Assembly: GCA_965218095.1 (NCBI GenBank)
Contig: OZ244587.1
Location: forward strand, 5,856,001 to 5,920,000
DNA length: 64,000 nt
Source of the DNA: Candidatus Poribacteria bacterium
GTDB lineage: Bacteria; Poribacteria; WGA-4E; PCPOR2b
Direction of reading: 5' to 3'
The notes below the pieces were generated by a model, which had not been told where the DNA came from, searched no databases, and saw nothing but the letters and a program-made list of their open reading frames with translations. Made by a program: the position numbers and the translations under genes. Positions 49,781-59,528 of this stretch are shown here, in pieces (position 1 is the stretch's first letter; each line of letters starts with the position of its first letter).

Positions 49781-50626
49781 ATGCGTGACATCAGTGAACA
49801 AGAACGGCAGCAAAATCGGGAAATGGATGTTGTATCCTTGGCAAAGGTTGTATTTCGCCATCTGAAGAAAAACCTTGGATCCGATCCTAATCAGCGTGAT
49901 TTTTTCTATTCTGTTGTGAAATTAAGACACGATTTATTTCCGGATGGTGAATATAACAAATCCTTTCCTGATCACGCTAAACTTTTAGATGCGCTCACTT
50001 GGCTTGAAAGAAGGGGACTGGTAGTCAGAGAATCCTCATCTCCGGCAAACTTCTTCCAACCAGAACACAAAGCTATCGTTTATTTCACCGCTATCGGCAT
50101 GAAGTCTAACTTAGATGATGAAGTGCTCCTCTTGGTGGACAAGCCCGAGGAAATTGTTGGTGCGCTTGAGCAGAAGGTTGGGGACCTTGACGAGGTCGTT
50201 AGGCAATACTATCTCGAAAGCCTACGCGCCTACCAAGAGGGGCTGTACATCTCGTCTGTGATATGTCTTGGTGCCGCTTCAGAGAGAGCCATACACTGGT
50301 TGGCAGAATCTATAGAACCCTACTCCGGGCATTATCAACAAGGAATTAAAAAGAGAAGGAGCGGGAACATTTCTGGCTTAACCAAGCATCTCGCTGATAA
50401 GGTTATTTCCAATGTATTTGGGGAGGACACGAAATTCGCAGGGGAACTGGAGAACCGGTTAAATGGACTTGGGAACGTATATCGCGAGAACCGAAACGAA
50501 GCGGGACACCCTCAGACCGTTGAACAAACTAGCTGGTTAGGGGAAGATCAGGAGTTTCTTTTGCTTCAGTTTCGTAGATACATCACCACGATATGTAATG
50601 CCATTGAACGCCTCAATAGTAATTAA
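49781..50626 (+). CDS. HEPN-like (DUF4145-type) domain protein
   Basis: ESLRAY..GLY.SS...LGAASE helix and RNEAGH (R-x4-H) motif. Confidence 0.65.
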   Translation: MRDISEQERQQNREMDVVSLAKVVFRHLKKNLGSDPNQRDFFYSVVKLRHDLFPDGEYNKSFPDHAKLLDALTWLERRGLVVRESSSPANFFQPEHKAIVYFTAIGMKSNLDDEVLLLVDKPEEIVGALEQKVGDLDEVVRQYYLESLRAYQEGLYISSVICLGAASERAIHWLAESIEPYSGHYQQGIKKRRSGNISGLTKHLADKVISNVFGEDTKFAGELENRLNGLGNVYRENRNEAGHPQTVEQTSWLGEDQEFLLLQFRRYITTICNAIERLNSN

Positions 50627-50776
50627 CCCCTTGATTGACTTGTGTGACAGGATATACGGTGGCTTTCCGATCTTGACACCCAAATGCCGATTTTGGAAAA
50701 TAGACCTACATCAGGGCAAACACAAGGGTTGCCCCTACTGAAGACCGAAATCGTCTCAAAACTTGGGTGTACCTTA

Positions 50777-52252
50777 TCACTTCACGATTTTCTTCGCTTC
50801 CTTGAACTTCTCTTTGGCAAATGCTCTCCATTCTTTTAACTTCTGGTTTCGGAAGTCTGGTTTTTGCCACTCGCTCTGAGGGGGTTCAGTCGCCGCCATT
50901 CCTGTTGTTGGGGCATTGCCATCTGTCTGTGCTACCATTTCTGTTTTTGGCACGTTACCGTCTTCCGGTGTTGGACTAACATCAGGTATCTGAGAAAGTG
51001 CCATCGCTTCCGCTTCTGTAATTGGGACCTGACCCAAGATCTGAATCGCGGCGGCGCGCTTCTCTGGATCTTCACTCTTATTGATGGCTGTCCATGTGTT
51101 GACCAGATCTCTGTGCGGTTCAATGACAAGTGCACCGATGAGATCTCCGACGATATCCCAGCGTATCCCACCTTTTACCGCGTCATAGTCAATGGGAGTC
51201 AGATCCAACTCAAATGGATTGGAGGCAACACAGCGGTCCCCAAGTTCATCGTACAGGGCTGGAACAACACTGCTACGGTTTAGCCCCCCTTTCCACTTCG
51301 GTCCCTCTGGATCGGTGTCGCCTAACACCCAGAGTTTTTGTGCTTCATCTGAAAGAACAAAATCAAGGAATTTCTGGGCGACCGCCAGATTGGGTGCACC
51401 CTTCAGAATTGCAATCGAATCGGGGCTGACGACGGCGGCATCCGGAGGCACGATGTATTTAATTTTGTCCGCGCCGATCACGGCAATCTGGCCATGAGCG
51501 TAAAAGTCGATTGCCATGCCGTAGAGGACTTGCCCCGAAGCGACATCTCTGGGAATTGCATTTGCCCCTGCGGAAAACCCCCGGACGTTTGCGCCGAGTT
51601 GCGTGATCAACTCGAAGCCTTTCTCCCAGCCGTAGCCTTGCAGGATAATCTCGTACATCATGTGGGCGCTGCCGCTTTCACGGGGGTCTGCTGCGCCGAC
51701 ACGACCAGCCAATTTCGGGTGTGTCAGATCCTTCCACGTCTTGATTCTGGGTGCCTTGAGAAGCCCCCGCAACTCCTCATTGTACATGATTCCAAAACTT
51801 GACAACGCCGCGCCATACCAACGGTATTCTGGGTCGTAAACGGGGATGCCAAAAATCTCTTTCGGGATTCGTGCCAGTTGGGTTTCCGGCAATTTGTAGG
51901 GGGAAAGCAGCCCCTTGTCAGCGAGCTTAAGGTAATTATCTGTCCCGCCGCCGAAAAAGAGATCTATCCCGATGCCTTTGGGAAGCCGCTTGAATTCTGA
52001 TTCAATGAACCGAAAGTCAGAAGATGAACCTCCCTGATCAAGCCAATCTATAGAGACTTGCCTACCCGTCTTCTTGACATACCACCCCTTAAAAGATTGA
52101 TCAAATTCGGTTTCGATACCTTCCCAATGGGGCGAAATAATGACGAGCTTATCCTGGGCAGATGCAGGCTGTCCGCAGACTAAAACTGCAATAGTACAAA
52201 GCATCAAAATCATTGAGAAGGCTGTTGTGTCTTTTGATTTCAACATAATCAT
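50777..52252 (-). CDS. ABC transporter substrate-binding protein (Fe3+/polyamine-type family)
   Basis: DLFFGGG, GIMYN, W.DL, DP..SGS, AQKFLDFVLS. Confidence 0.85.
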   Translation of the reverse strand: MIMLKSKDTTAFSMILMLCTIAVLVCGQPASAQDKLVIISPHWEGIETEFDQSFKGWYVKKTGRQVSIDWLDQGGSSSDFRFIESEFKRLPKGIGIDLFFGGGTDNYLKLADKGLLSPYKLPETQLARIPKEIFGIPVYDPEYRWYGAALSSFGIMYNEELRGLLKAPRIKTWKDLTHPKLAGRVGAADPRESGSAHMMYEIILQGYGWEKGFELITQLGANVRGFSAGANAIPRDVASGQVLYGMAIDFYAHGQIAVIGADKIKYIVPPDAAVVSPDSIAILKGAPNLAVAQKFLDFVLSDEAQKLWVLGDTDPEGPKWKGGLNRSSVVPALYDELGDRCVASNPFELDLTPIDYDAVKGGIRWDIVGDLIGALVIEPHRDLVNTWTAINKSEDPEKRAAAIQILGQVPITEAEAMALSQIPDVSPTPEDGNVPKTEMVAQTDGNAPTTGMAATEPPQSEWQKPDFRNQKLKEWRAFAKEKFKEAKKIVK

Positions 52253-52449
52253 GCGTCCTTAAGAGGATTTGGAAATCGTAAAATCGCTTGTAGAGGATAG
52301 GATGGCACACGAATCACGTCGGAATTTGCCACCAATGCGGCGGGTTCATCGTGTCAGCCGTGTAACGATAAAATACGGGCCTGCTGTCGACAGACATGTG
52401 TCTCATCAGTTCGCTGACAATGGCAGGTGAAAAACTTGCGGTAGGATAA

Positions 52450-52587
52450 TCAGAGAGGCAACCAGCGAACAATCGCGGGCATCTGCCACATCAAAAGCAG
52501 AATTGCAGCCAGTAGAATAAGATACCACACAACTCGCTTCCAGGAACCCACTTTTCTGCGTTGAACCGGACGATCTGAGAATTTCAT
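52450..52587 (-). CDS. Small single-TM protein (45 aa)
   Basis: Translated by hand: MKFSDRPVQRRKVGSWKRVVWYLILLAAILLLMWQMPAIVRWLPL; below the ORF-track cutoff. Confidence 0.55.
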   Translation of the reverse strand: MKFSDRPVQRRKVGSWKRVVWYLILLAAILLLMWQMPAIVRWLPL

Positions 52588-52625
52588 TCTGTCTGCTTGC
52601 CTCTTTGAAAACTCACTCAATCAAC

Positions 52626-52796
52626 GGGAGGTATGCTATCACTAAACCTTTGAGAACCCCCACCATGATAGGCACCTCATCAAACGTGACAAATGAAAAG
52701 TGAAAAATGATGAGTGACTCAGGTATCATTTCTCACTCGTCACTCATCGCTTATCACGCTGCAAGGTTCTAGGGGAAGATACGGATTTAGTGATAC
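52626..52796. repeat. MITE-like family 2, copy C
   Basis: GGGAGGTATGCTATCACTAAACCTTTGAGAA ... GGATTTAGTGATAC. Confidence 0.65.
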
Positions 52797-53734
52797 TAAC
52801 GGCCCCGTCTTTTAGAGGACGCCTTGGACTGAATCTGATTAGCGTGGATAATGGCGATACCGTAACCAAAAACTTCAGCGACCGTGAATTCGATACCATC
52901 AAAGGCGACTTTTTCACCCTGTTCCGGCAATCGGCCAATGATTTTTAACATAAAGCCCCCAATTGTATCGTAGCGCTCTTTGGGAATATTTGTGCCTAAC
53001 GCTTTGTTGACAATCTCGATCGGCGCCCGCGCATCAAGCGCCCATGAATTGTTCCCAAGTTGTTCGACTTGTAGCATGTGCCGCTTATGGTGATAGCCGA
53101 TTTCACCCACGATCTGCTCAAGGAGGTCCTCCAGGCTCACAAATCCGACACAACCGCCGTGTTCATCAATGACAATGGCGACAGGTTCTTCAGCAACACG
53201 CAACTCTTCGAGTAAATCACCCATCGGCTTCGTTTCGGGAACATAGTATGCAGTTCTCACGAAGGAACTGAGTTCGTTGGATTCGTGCACGGCATACAGA
53301 ATATCCATGATGCTTACGATTCCTGTCAGCCGATCAATCCGTTCTTCATAGACCGGAAGATACCGATAGTTGGAATGATGCACCATTGCCTTGACCTGTT
53401 CCGTCGGCGTGGCAATATGAACCGCCATCATTTCGGACAGGGGAACCATGATTTCTCTTACCGTTGTCCTCGTAAGGGAAAAAATCCCACGCAGCATGCG
53501 TGCTTCATTCTCTGGCATAGCGTCGATATTTTCAAAGACGATCTGTTTGATCTGTTCCGCTTCGGGCCCACCCTTGGATTTCCGTTTTCTGAAGAAGCCT
53601 CGTTTACCGCCAATATCCTTAGCTTGAGCGGGAAGTCTGAGTTGTCGGTTGGGCGCCACAGCAAGTAAATCAAATTTTGTTTCCGTGGTTTCTGCGGTTT
53701 CCTTTGGCAACTGTGGTGATGGATTCGCTTTCAA
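52796..53734 (-). CDS. CBS/CorC-HlyC domain protein (hemolysin C-like)
   Basis: VREIMVP, VPETK, IDEHGG..G.VSLEDLLEQIVGEI, YDTIGG. Confidence 0.9.
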   Translation of the reverse strand: MKANPSPQLPKETAETTETKFDLLAVAPNRQLRLPAQAKDIGGKRGFFRKRKSKGGPEAEQIKQIVFENIDAMPENEARMLRGIFSLTRTTVREIMVPLSEMMAVHIATPTEQVKAMVHHSNYRYLPVYEERIDRLTGIVSIMDILYAVHESNELSSFVRTAYYVPETKPMGDLLEELRVAEEPVAIVIDEHGGCVGFVSLEDLLEQIVGEIGYHHKRHMLQVEQLGNNSWALDARAPIEIVNKALGTNIPKERYDTIGGFMLKIIGRLPEQGEKVAFDGIEFTVAEVFGYGIAIIHANQIQSKASSKRRGR

Positions 53735-54143
53735 TTTTTTGTCTCACTCCCATTTTAGATTTTTGAGGTGGCTAATAACAAAAGATTGCTAACTGATATG
53801 AATGCGATTCGCATTCACATGATTTTCCAGATTATCGCGCAACACCGAGATGATTATAGCACATCTCAAGAGTTTCTTTCAATCAAAAATCGGGTTCGAC
53901 ATGCGAAAGTGGAAAGTGAAAAAGGGGGCAGCGAATTCACTCTTGCCACTTTGCCCACTGGCTCCCTTTTCGCTAGATGTGGCGTCGCTCCCTTCTGCTT
54001 ATTTTTTTAGCAGTTCTCTGATGAAAAACTCAGCATTGTTGCCGAGGCGGTGATAGGAGGTTTCGCAAGATAAGCGATGGTTTCTGCCTTATCTGGCGTG
54101 CGACCAGTGGAGTTTGGAACGATCTGTGCACATTGCTTGGCTG

Positions 54144-54159
54144 TGGCATATTAATTGCT
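54144..54159 (+). promoter_or_regulatory. Sigma54 (-24/-12) promoter
   Basis: TGGCAT-ATTAA-TTGCT. Confidence 0.65.
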
Positions 54160-54320
54160 CAATAACGGCTCAACACCGTACAGTGAGTGAGTATTACATA
54201 CGAAAATGCCTGCGTGGCTTTATAGCGTCGCCGAAATTTCAGGCACCGTGAATGGTCTCACATCTCACTCATTATAACTTTATAAACATCAATTGTAGAA
54301 CAAACTAAAGGAGACGAAAG

Positions 54321-55109
54321 ATGAAACATAAGGTACATACCGCATGGTGTTGGAATGTGGTAGCCATTTGCATGTTAGCCGCTATTGCAGGAAACACAAC
54401 GGTAACAGCTGAAGAAGAAGGTGGTTCATCATTGCCTGTCAACATCGTAATCGATGCCACCTACGCAAGCGCCTATTATTGGCGAGGCGCCAGTGCAGGC
54501 ACCGGGACGAATTTTCTGCAACCTTCCGTTGACGTCTCTTACACTTCCGAATCTGAAGACTTTTCTTTCACCGTCGGCGCCAATGTCTGGTATTCGCAAG
54601 GCATTGAGGATGCAGGTGTACCTGAAAATAACGGCGAACTCGACTACACTGTATACGTTGGCACGACCGTTTGGGCTCTCGACATCAGCGCAGGCGTTAT
54701 CGACTATATGATTCCCCACGGTTTTCCTTTTGCTGATAGGCATGTCCTCGAAGGCAATCTTGGCGTTGGCGTAAACTCGCTTCCTTTCGATAATAGCGTG
54801 ACCGTTTATCTGAATCTTGATGGGGACGATGATTATTCGGTCTATCTCGCTCCCAGCGTTGGAACTACCTATAAAAACCTGGACCTTGGACTGACCGCTG
54901 GTATCGTCCTTGGCGAAAGTGCATACTATAAGAAACTTGGTATCGTCCTTAGCGAAGCTGGTACCGAGCTCGTTGACATCACACCGAGCGTTTCCTATTC
55001 CATTCCTGGCGATGCGGAAACAACAATCAGCTTCAACGTTGGTTATAATCCCCACACGCATGCGAAAATGACATTCATTACCCTTGGTACTTCATTCAAC
55101 ATTGATTAA
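54321..55109 (+). CDS. Outer membrane porin, TorF/TIGR02001-like
   Basis: Signal peptide; S.YYWRG, QPS, ELDYT motifs. Confidence 0.7.
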   Translation: MKHKVHTAWCWNVVAICMLAAIAGNTTVTAEEEGGSSLPVNIVIDATYASAYYWRGASAGTGTNFLQPSVDVSYTSESEDFSFTVGANVWYSQGIEDAGVPENNGELDYTVYVGTTVWALDISAGVIDYMIPHGFPFADRHVLEGNLGVGVNSLPFDNSVTVYLNLDGDDDYSVYLAPSVGTTYKNLDLGLTAGIVLGESAYYKKLGIVLSEAGTELVDITPSVSYSIPGDAETTISFNVGYNPHTHAKMTFITLGTSFNID

Positions 55110-55395
55110 CCTTCCCGAAAACCTCCGCCGGATAGTGGCCGCTTTAGTTTCTAAAATTAAGCGACAACGACCTCCTATTCCAAGTTTTACATTGTCAAGC
55201 AGGAGAGGGAGGGAAAACACCAAGCTTTCTCTCCCTTCTCTCTTTCCATGCCTCCATTCCTCACGCTGGATGTTTAGTCAAAAGATTTCCTCTCCGTTAC
55301 AGTTGCAGTCAGATCTGCTGCCGAACCCCGATCTTCGATCGGAGTTTCTCATGGGGAATTTCTAAACCATCCCGTAATTTCTTGCAAAAAGAACG

Positions 55396-56352
55396 TCAAC
55401 TCGGTACAGATCCCTGGGTCCGGCAGATTTCCAGGGCTTTTTCAAATACCTTCCGGTCCGGGTAGTCTCCGTCTGCAGCGTCAAGCACACTATCGACCTG
55501 CGCCGGGGTATTCAGGCCAACAATCAGACTAGTGACGATGGGATGACTCAAGGTGAATTTGATTGCGAAGTGTGTCCAGGATGTGACTTCATTGCCAAAA
55601 GCGGATTTTAAGAGCTCCAAACGTTCGTAGGCAGCATTCCAACTTTCGTTCTGGAAGCGGTCATCCTCTGGCAACTGGCTGCGGTCCATCCGTCGATCGG
55701 TCAGCAGGCCCGCCATAAAAGGCCGGATGCAGAAGAAGCCACCCCGACCCGCTTCCATCTGCGGGAAAAACTCAGCCATTTCCATTTCGATCAGGTTATA
55801 GTAAGCAACCATCCCGCTGAAGACGCCAGTTTTCAGCGCCTCCGCGGCAAAACCAGGGGTGTAGGGAAAGGTAGTCAAGTGGCCGACCTTCCCTTCACCC
55901 TTCAGTCTTTCAAAGATTTCTATCATGGGTTCGTGGATGTCCGGGATATTTGGTATCCTGAGGAGGTCGGTATTAGGCCGTGCACGCTGCAGATGTTGCA
56001 GGACGTCGATGTAATCTGCATGCAGGTCCCGAAGCGCCTCTTCGACCCTCAGCCTGAATTTGACCGTGTCGAACACCCCGCTATCGTCGAAGTCGGGGAC
56101 GGGAACTTTAATGATGTGATGGATTTTATGCCGCTCCGGGCGATTTTTTAGAACCTGTCCAACCGCCCAGCGAGTGCCGTATTCGTAGCTGGAGTGGATG
56201 AAGTTGACGCCACGATCTAGCGCCCTTTCCAGCGCCCGGCGGCCTATCCGTGATTTACTGTCGTCTCCAGGTGCTTTGGCGGAGAAGCGCATGGGCCCAA
56301 AGCAGATTTCGGAGACTTCCAGGTTGGTGTTTCCAAATTTGCGGTAGTTCAT
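55396..56352 (-). CDS. Aldo/keto reductase
   Basis: MNYRKFGNTNLEVSEICFG..., K.EGKV, IVG. Confidence 0.85.
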   Translation of the reverse strand: MNYRKFGNTNLEVSEICFGPMRFSAKAPGDDSKSRIGRRALERALDRGVNFIHSSYEYGTRWAVGQVLKNRPERHKIHHIIKVPVPDFDDSGVFDTVKFRLRVEEALRDLHADYIDVLQHLQRARPNTDLLRIPNIPDIHEPMIEIFERLKGEGKVGHLTTFPYTPGFAAEALKTGVFSGMVAYYNLIEMEMAEFFPQMEAGRGGFFCIRPFMAGLLTDRRMDRSQLPEDDRFQNESWNAAYERLELLKSAFGNEVTSWTHFAIKFTLSHPIVTSLIVGLNTPAQVDSVLDAADGDYPDRKVFEKALEICRTQGSVPS

Positions 56353-56399
56353 AGAATGTCCTTTCGCGTGTGTTGTTATAATTATCCAAAAGTTTCTGC

Positions 56400-56975
56400 T
56401 ACCCGTCTTCCACCACTTCCTCGCCGTCCATATAGCAGAAGCGATCGAGATTCGTCAAGTTCAGATGCGCGCGGTCACCACTTTGAAGCGATGGCTTGCA
56501 GCACTTCGGCGCGTTCATCGTCGCCGCGGGCCCACACCTCCACCATAAGCTGTTCGTCAAAATGGTGCAGTCCTTCATGCTGCGACTCGTCCCCGTTTGT
56601 TGCATCACCCCCCGGACGCAGCATTGCCACGAAAGGAGTATCCCAGACATCGGTGGGCGCAGCCGGCAAATTATTGGCTTCCCCACCATAAACCATATAG
56701 AAGACGGTATCCCCACCCTCCGATAGGGTGGGAAGACGAACCCACGCCTCAAGCCTTCCTACTACCCCATCAAAAGTCTCAATTTCGTAGGGCAGCATTG
56801 ATGCACCGTCGGCGTCCACAAAGTGAATATTGCTGCCCTCAATATTTCTGACATGTCCGCCGCGCGCCGTGTGCTTGACCCGCTGATCGGTGAGGGAGAT
56901 GAAAACGAGGAAATCGTTCAGTGGTTCACCTGATGTCTGTGTTTGTTCAATAACAATCCTGCGTCTGAACATCAT
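56400..56975 (-). pseudogene. DUF2341-like N-terminal fragment
   Basis: FRRRIVI..DFLVFI..FVDADG..LPYEIE..WVRLP..YMVYG; ends prematurely. Confidence 0.55.
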
Positions 56976-57113
56976 CGGTCCCTTTCTTCCATCAATAGAT
57001 GCGGTTAAATGAACCATTCCAATGCTCCTGTCCCATATTGTAAACCGATCTCAAGTTATCCTATCAATTTTTCAACTTCAGGTCAACAAAATTTTTCTGC
57101 TCAACATTTTTTC

Positions 57114-57141
57114 TTGACACACCGCCGGAAAGCAGTATAAT
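57114..57141 (+). promoter_or_regulatory. Sigma70 promoter
   Basis: TTGACA-16bp-TATAAT. Confidence 0.7.
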
Positions 57142-57240
57142 TGAAACCGTAGTCAGCTATAAGCCGGTAGAATTAACGCTTTCATATCGGTTGTCTCTAC
57201 TATTTCGGATAGTATCATTATATCTCCAAAGTGAGTTGAC

Positions 57241-57606
57241 ATGAAAATAGATCCAATTACCCTCGTTGTGATTCGTGGCAGCCTCGAGCAGATGGCGTTT
57301 TCACGGGTGATCTCCGACAGGTTTGACCAAGCCAGCGGCATCTACGACAAAATCAATGGTGAGGTTATCATGCAGGGCCTGCGCGGTCTCCTAAGCTTCA
57401 TCTACGTAGATTGAGGACATAGCGCCGGGGGATATGGTGCTCCCTTGGATCGCCTGCGGGAGTTGGCCTCACAGGATGTCAAACGTGGATACCATGACCG
57501 GGAGACGGCAGAACAAGAATACGGCGTCCTGATTAAGAAAGGTGGCTGGGAAGCGGATGCAGAAGGAACGGCGCAACTGCGGGCATCTTTACGTAGCACC
57601 CTCTAG
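57241..57606 (+). pseudogene. Hydantoinase B/oxoprolinase remnant with a large internal deletion
   Basis: N-terminus MKIDPITLVVIRGSLEQ..AFS.VI...D joined in frame (TGA at 57412) to C-terminus GGYGAPLDR....QDVKRGY...A..EYGV. Confidence 0.75.
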
Positions 57607-57623
57607 CAGATCAGGAGGAAAAG

Positions 57624-58457
57624 ATGATTCTAATGAGCCCGCCGCTTCGTGTGGGGAAGACAGCGGAAGAACAGACAGTTTTTCTTCGCAAAGTCGGCAT
57701 AATGGAAGTGAAAACTGTCTCGATGGCCACACCCGCCGACTGGAGCGATGCAGATGTTGAGGAAGCAAAGCGATTTCTCGATGCACATGGCATACGGGTT
57801 GGTGAGTTTAGTGGGTTCCACAAGGCGTTTGGTTCAGCGAAGGCGCAGGACCATCAATCTGCCCTCGAACACTATCGCCGTCAACTGCGCCATGCCCACA
57901 TCCTGGGCGTTCACTGTGTTGGATTCTCTATCATCTGTGATAGGAGCACGCCCCAGATGTGGTCTGAGGAAACGTGGCAGCGATGCATCGCCGCTACGGT
58001 GGAATTGGTCAAGGAGGCAGAACAGGTTCAGATAGACATAGCTGCCCACCCGCATCTGATGAGTCCGCTCTATTCCGTGGAGCGGTACAAAGAACTCCTC
58101 GAACAGGTTGCCTCACCCCGACTGAAGGTACTTATGGACCTGGTGAATCTCACACAGCCCCATATGTTCTACAAAACAACGGAATTGGTGAACCGGGCTT
58201 TTGATGAGTTGGGGGACTTTATCACTGCCATCCACGCCAAAGATGTGGTGATGTCGGGAGGTGGGAAAATCGTGGTTCACATAGACGAAGCGGTCCCGGG
58301 GGAAGGCATGATGGATTATGCAACAATCCTTCGACGGTTAGATGCATTAGACCATGATGTCACGGTGCATGTGGAGCACTTTTCGGAGGAAAACACTATT
58401 GTCGGTCAGCAATATATCCGGTATGTGGCGCGAGAGATTGGTGTGGCTTTACACTAA
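57624..58457 (+). CDS. Sugar phosphate isomerase/epimerase (xylose isomerase-like TIM barrel)
   Basis: D.VN, HAKD, PG.G.MDY, EH. Confidence 0.88.
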   Translation: MILMSPPLRVGKTAEEQTVFLRKVGIMEVKTVSMATPADWSDADVEEAKRFLDAHGIRVGEFSGFHKAFGSAKAQDHQSALEHYRRQLRHAHILGVHCVGFSIICDRSTPQMWSEETWQRCIAATVELVKEAEQVQIDIAAHPHLMSPLYSVERYKELLEQVASPRLKVLMDLVNLTQPHMFYKTTELVNRAFDELGDFITAIHAKDVVMSGGGKIVVHIDEAVPGEGMMDYATILRRLDALDHDVTVHVEHFSEENTIVGQQYIRYVAREIGVALH

Positions 58458-58588
58458 CTTTCAATATTAAAACAGAGGGGGGTCTGGGCAGACAAGGAGC
58501 AAAACTCCCGCCGGGATGGACGAAGGCTTGATCGCCGACTTCCTGGCTCCCGAGTGCCCAGCTTCCAATAATTCTTGAGAGGTATCGT

Positions 58589-59473
58589 ATGATTTTAATG
58601 AGTCCGTCTGTACATTTGGGAAAAACATCAGAGGAGCGGGCAGCGTTTCTCCGTAAGGTTGGAATAATGGAGGTCAAGACCGTTACCACGAATACGCCTG
58701 CTGACTGGAGTGATGTGGACGTTGAGGAAGCAAAACGGTTCCTTGATGATCACGGTATCCGGGTGGGTGAGTTTAGTGGGCACCAGAGCGGGTTTGGCTC
58801 GGCGAATGTGGACGATTACCGGGCTGCCATTGAAGGCCATCGCCGCCAATTGCGTCATGCCCACATTATCGGGGCACACTGCATCGCATGTGCGATGCTC
58901 ATTGGAAGAATTTGGATTGACGAATTACCAAAAACTTTCGCCCAGTGCGGTGGAACCATTCTCCCCATGTGGTCTGAGGAAACATGGAAACGATGTGTCG
59001 CTGCGGTCGAGGAACTTATGCCCTATGCGGAGGAGTTTCAGATGGACGTTGCTATACATCCCCATGTTATCACACCGGTCTATTCTGTAGAGCGGTATAA
59101 GGCGCTTTTTGAGGCAGTCCCATCACCCCGACTGAAGGCACTTTTCGACCCTGTGAATCTTACATGGCCCCAGATGTTCCTCAGAATGACGGACTTTGTA
59201 AATGAGATTTTCGATGAAATTGGTGATAAAATCGTCACGATGCACGCAAAGGATGTTACGATGTGGGCAGCTCAACCTATCAGCATTATCTGTCGCGCAG
59301 ACGAAGCGGTTCCGGGAAGCGGCATGATGGACTATGCAACGATACTTCGACGGCTGGATGAATTAGATCGTGATGTCCCAGTGCATGTGGAGCACTTCCC
59401 CGAAGCAGAGACGATTGCCGGTCAGCAATATATCCGGCATGTGGCGCGGGAGGTCGGTGTTAGGGTAGGCTAG
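58589..59473 (+). CDS. Sugar phosphate isomerase/epimerase, tandem paralog
   Basis: Same motifs; collinear with 57624-58457. Confidence 0.88.
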   Translation: MILMSPSVHLGKTSEERAAFLRKVGIMEVKTVTTNTPADWSDVDVEEAKRFLDDHGIRVGEFSGHQSGFGSANVDDYRAAIEGHRRQLRHAHIIGAHCIACAMLIGRIWIDELPKTFAQCGGTILPMWSEETWKRCVAAVEELMPYAEEFQMDVAIHPHVITPVYSVERYKALFEAVPSPRLKALFDPVNLTWPQMFLRMTDFVNEIFDEIGDKIVTMHAKDVTMWAAQPISIICRADEAVPGSGMMDYATILRRLDELDRDVPVHVEHFPEAETIAGQQYIRHVAREVGVRVG

Positions 59474-59528
59474 GTGAAAGGTTGACAGGCCACTACTTAG
59501 AGCCTTTTTACAACATGGAGAATATCTG

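Noticed and set aside
52375-52430. Hammerhead-like CTGATGA core on the minus strand
   Set aside because: It has GACA instead of GAAA after stem II, and stems I and III are not credible.
57412-57414. In-frame TGA in the hydantoinase B remnant as recoding
   Set aside because: It lies at a deletion junction; most of the protein is missing.
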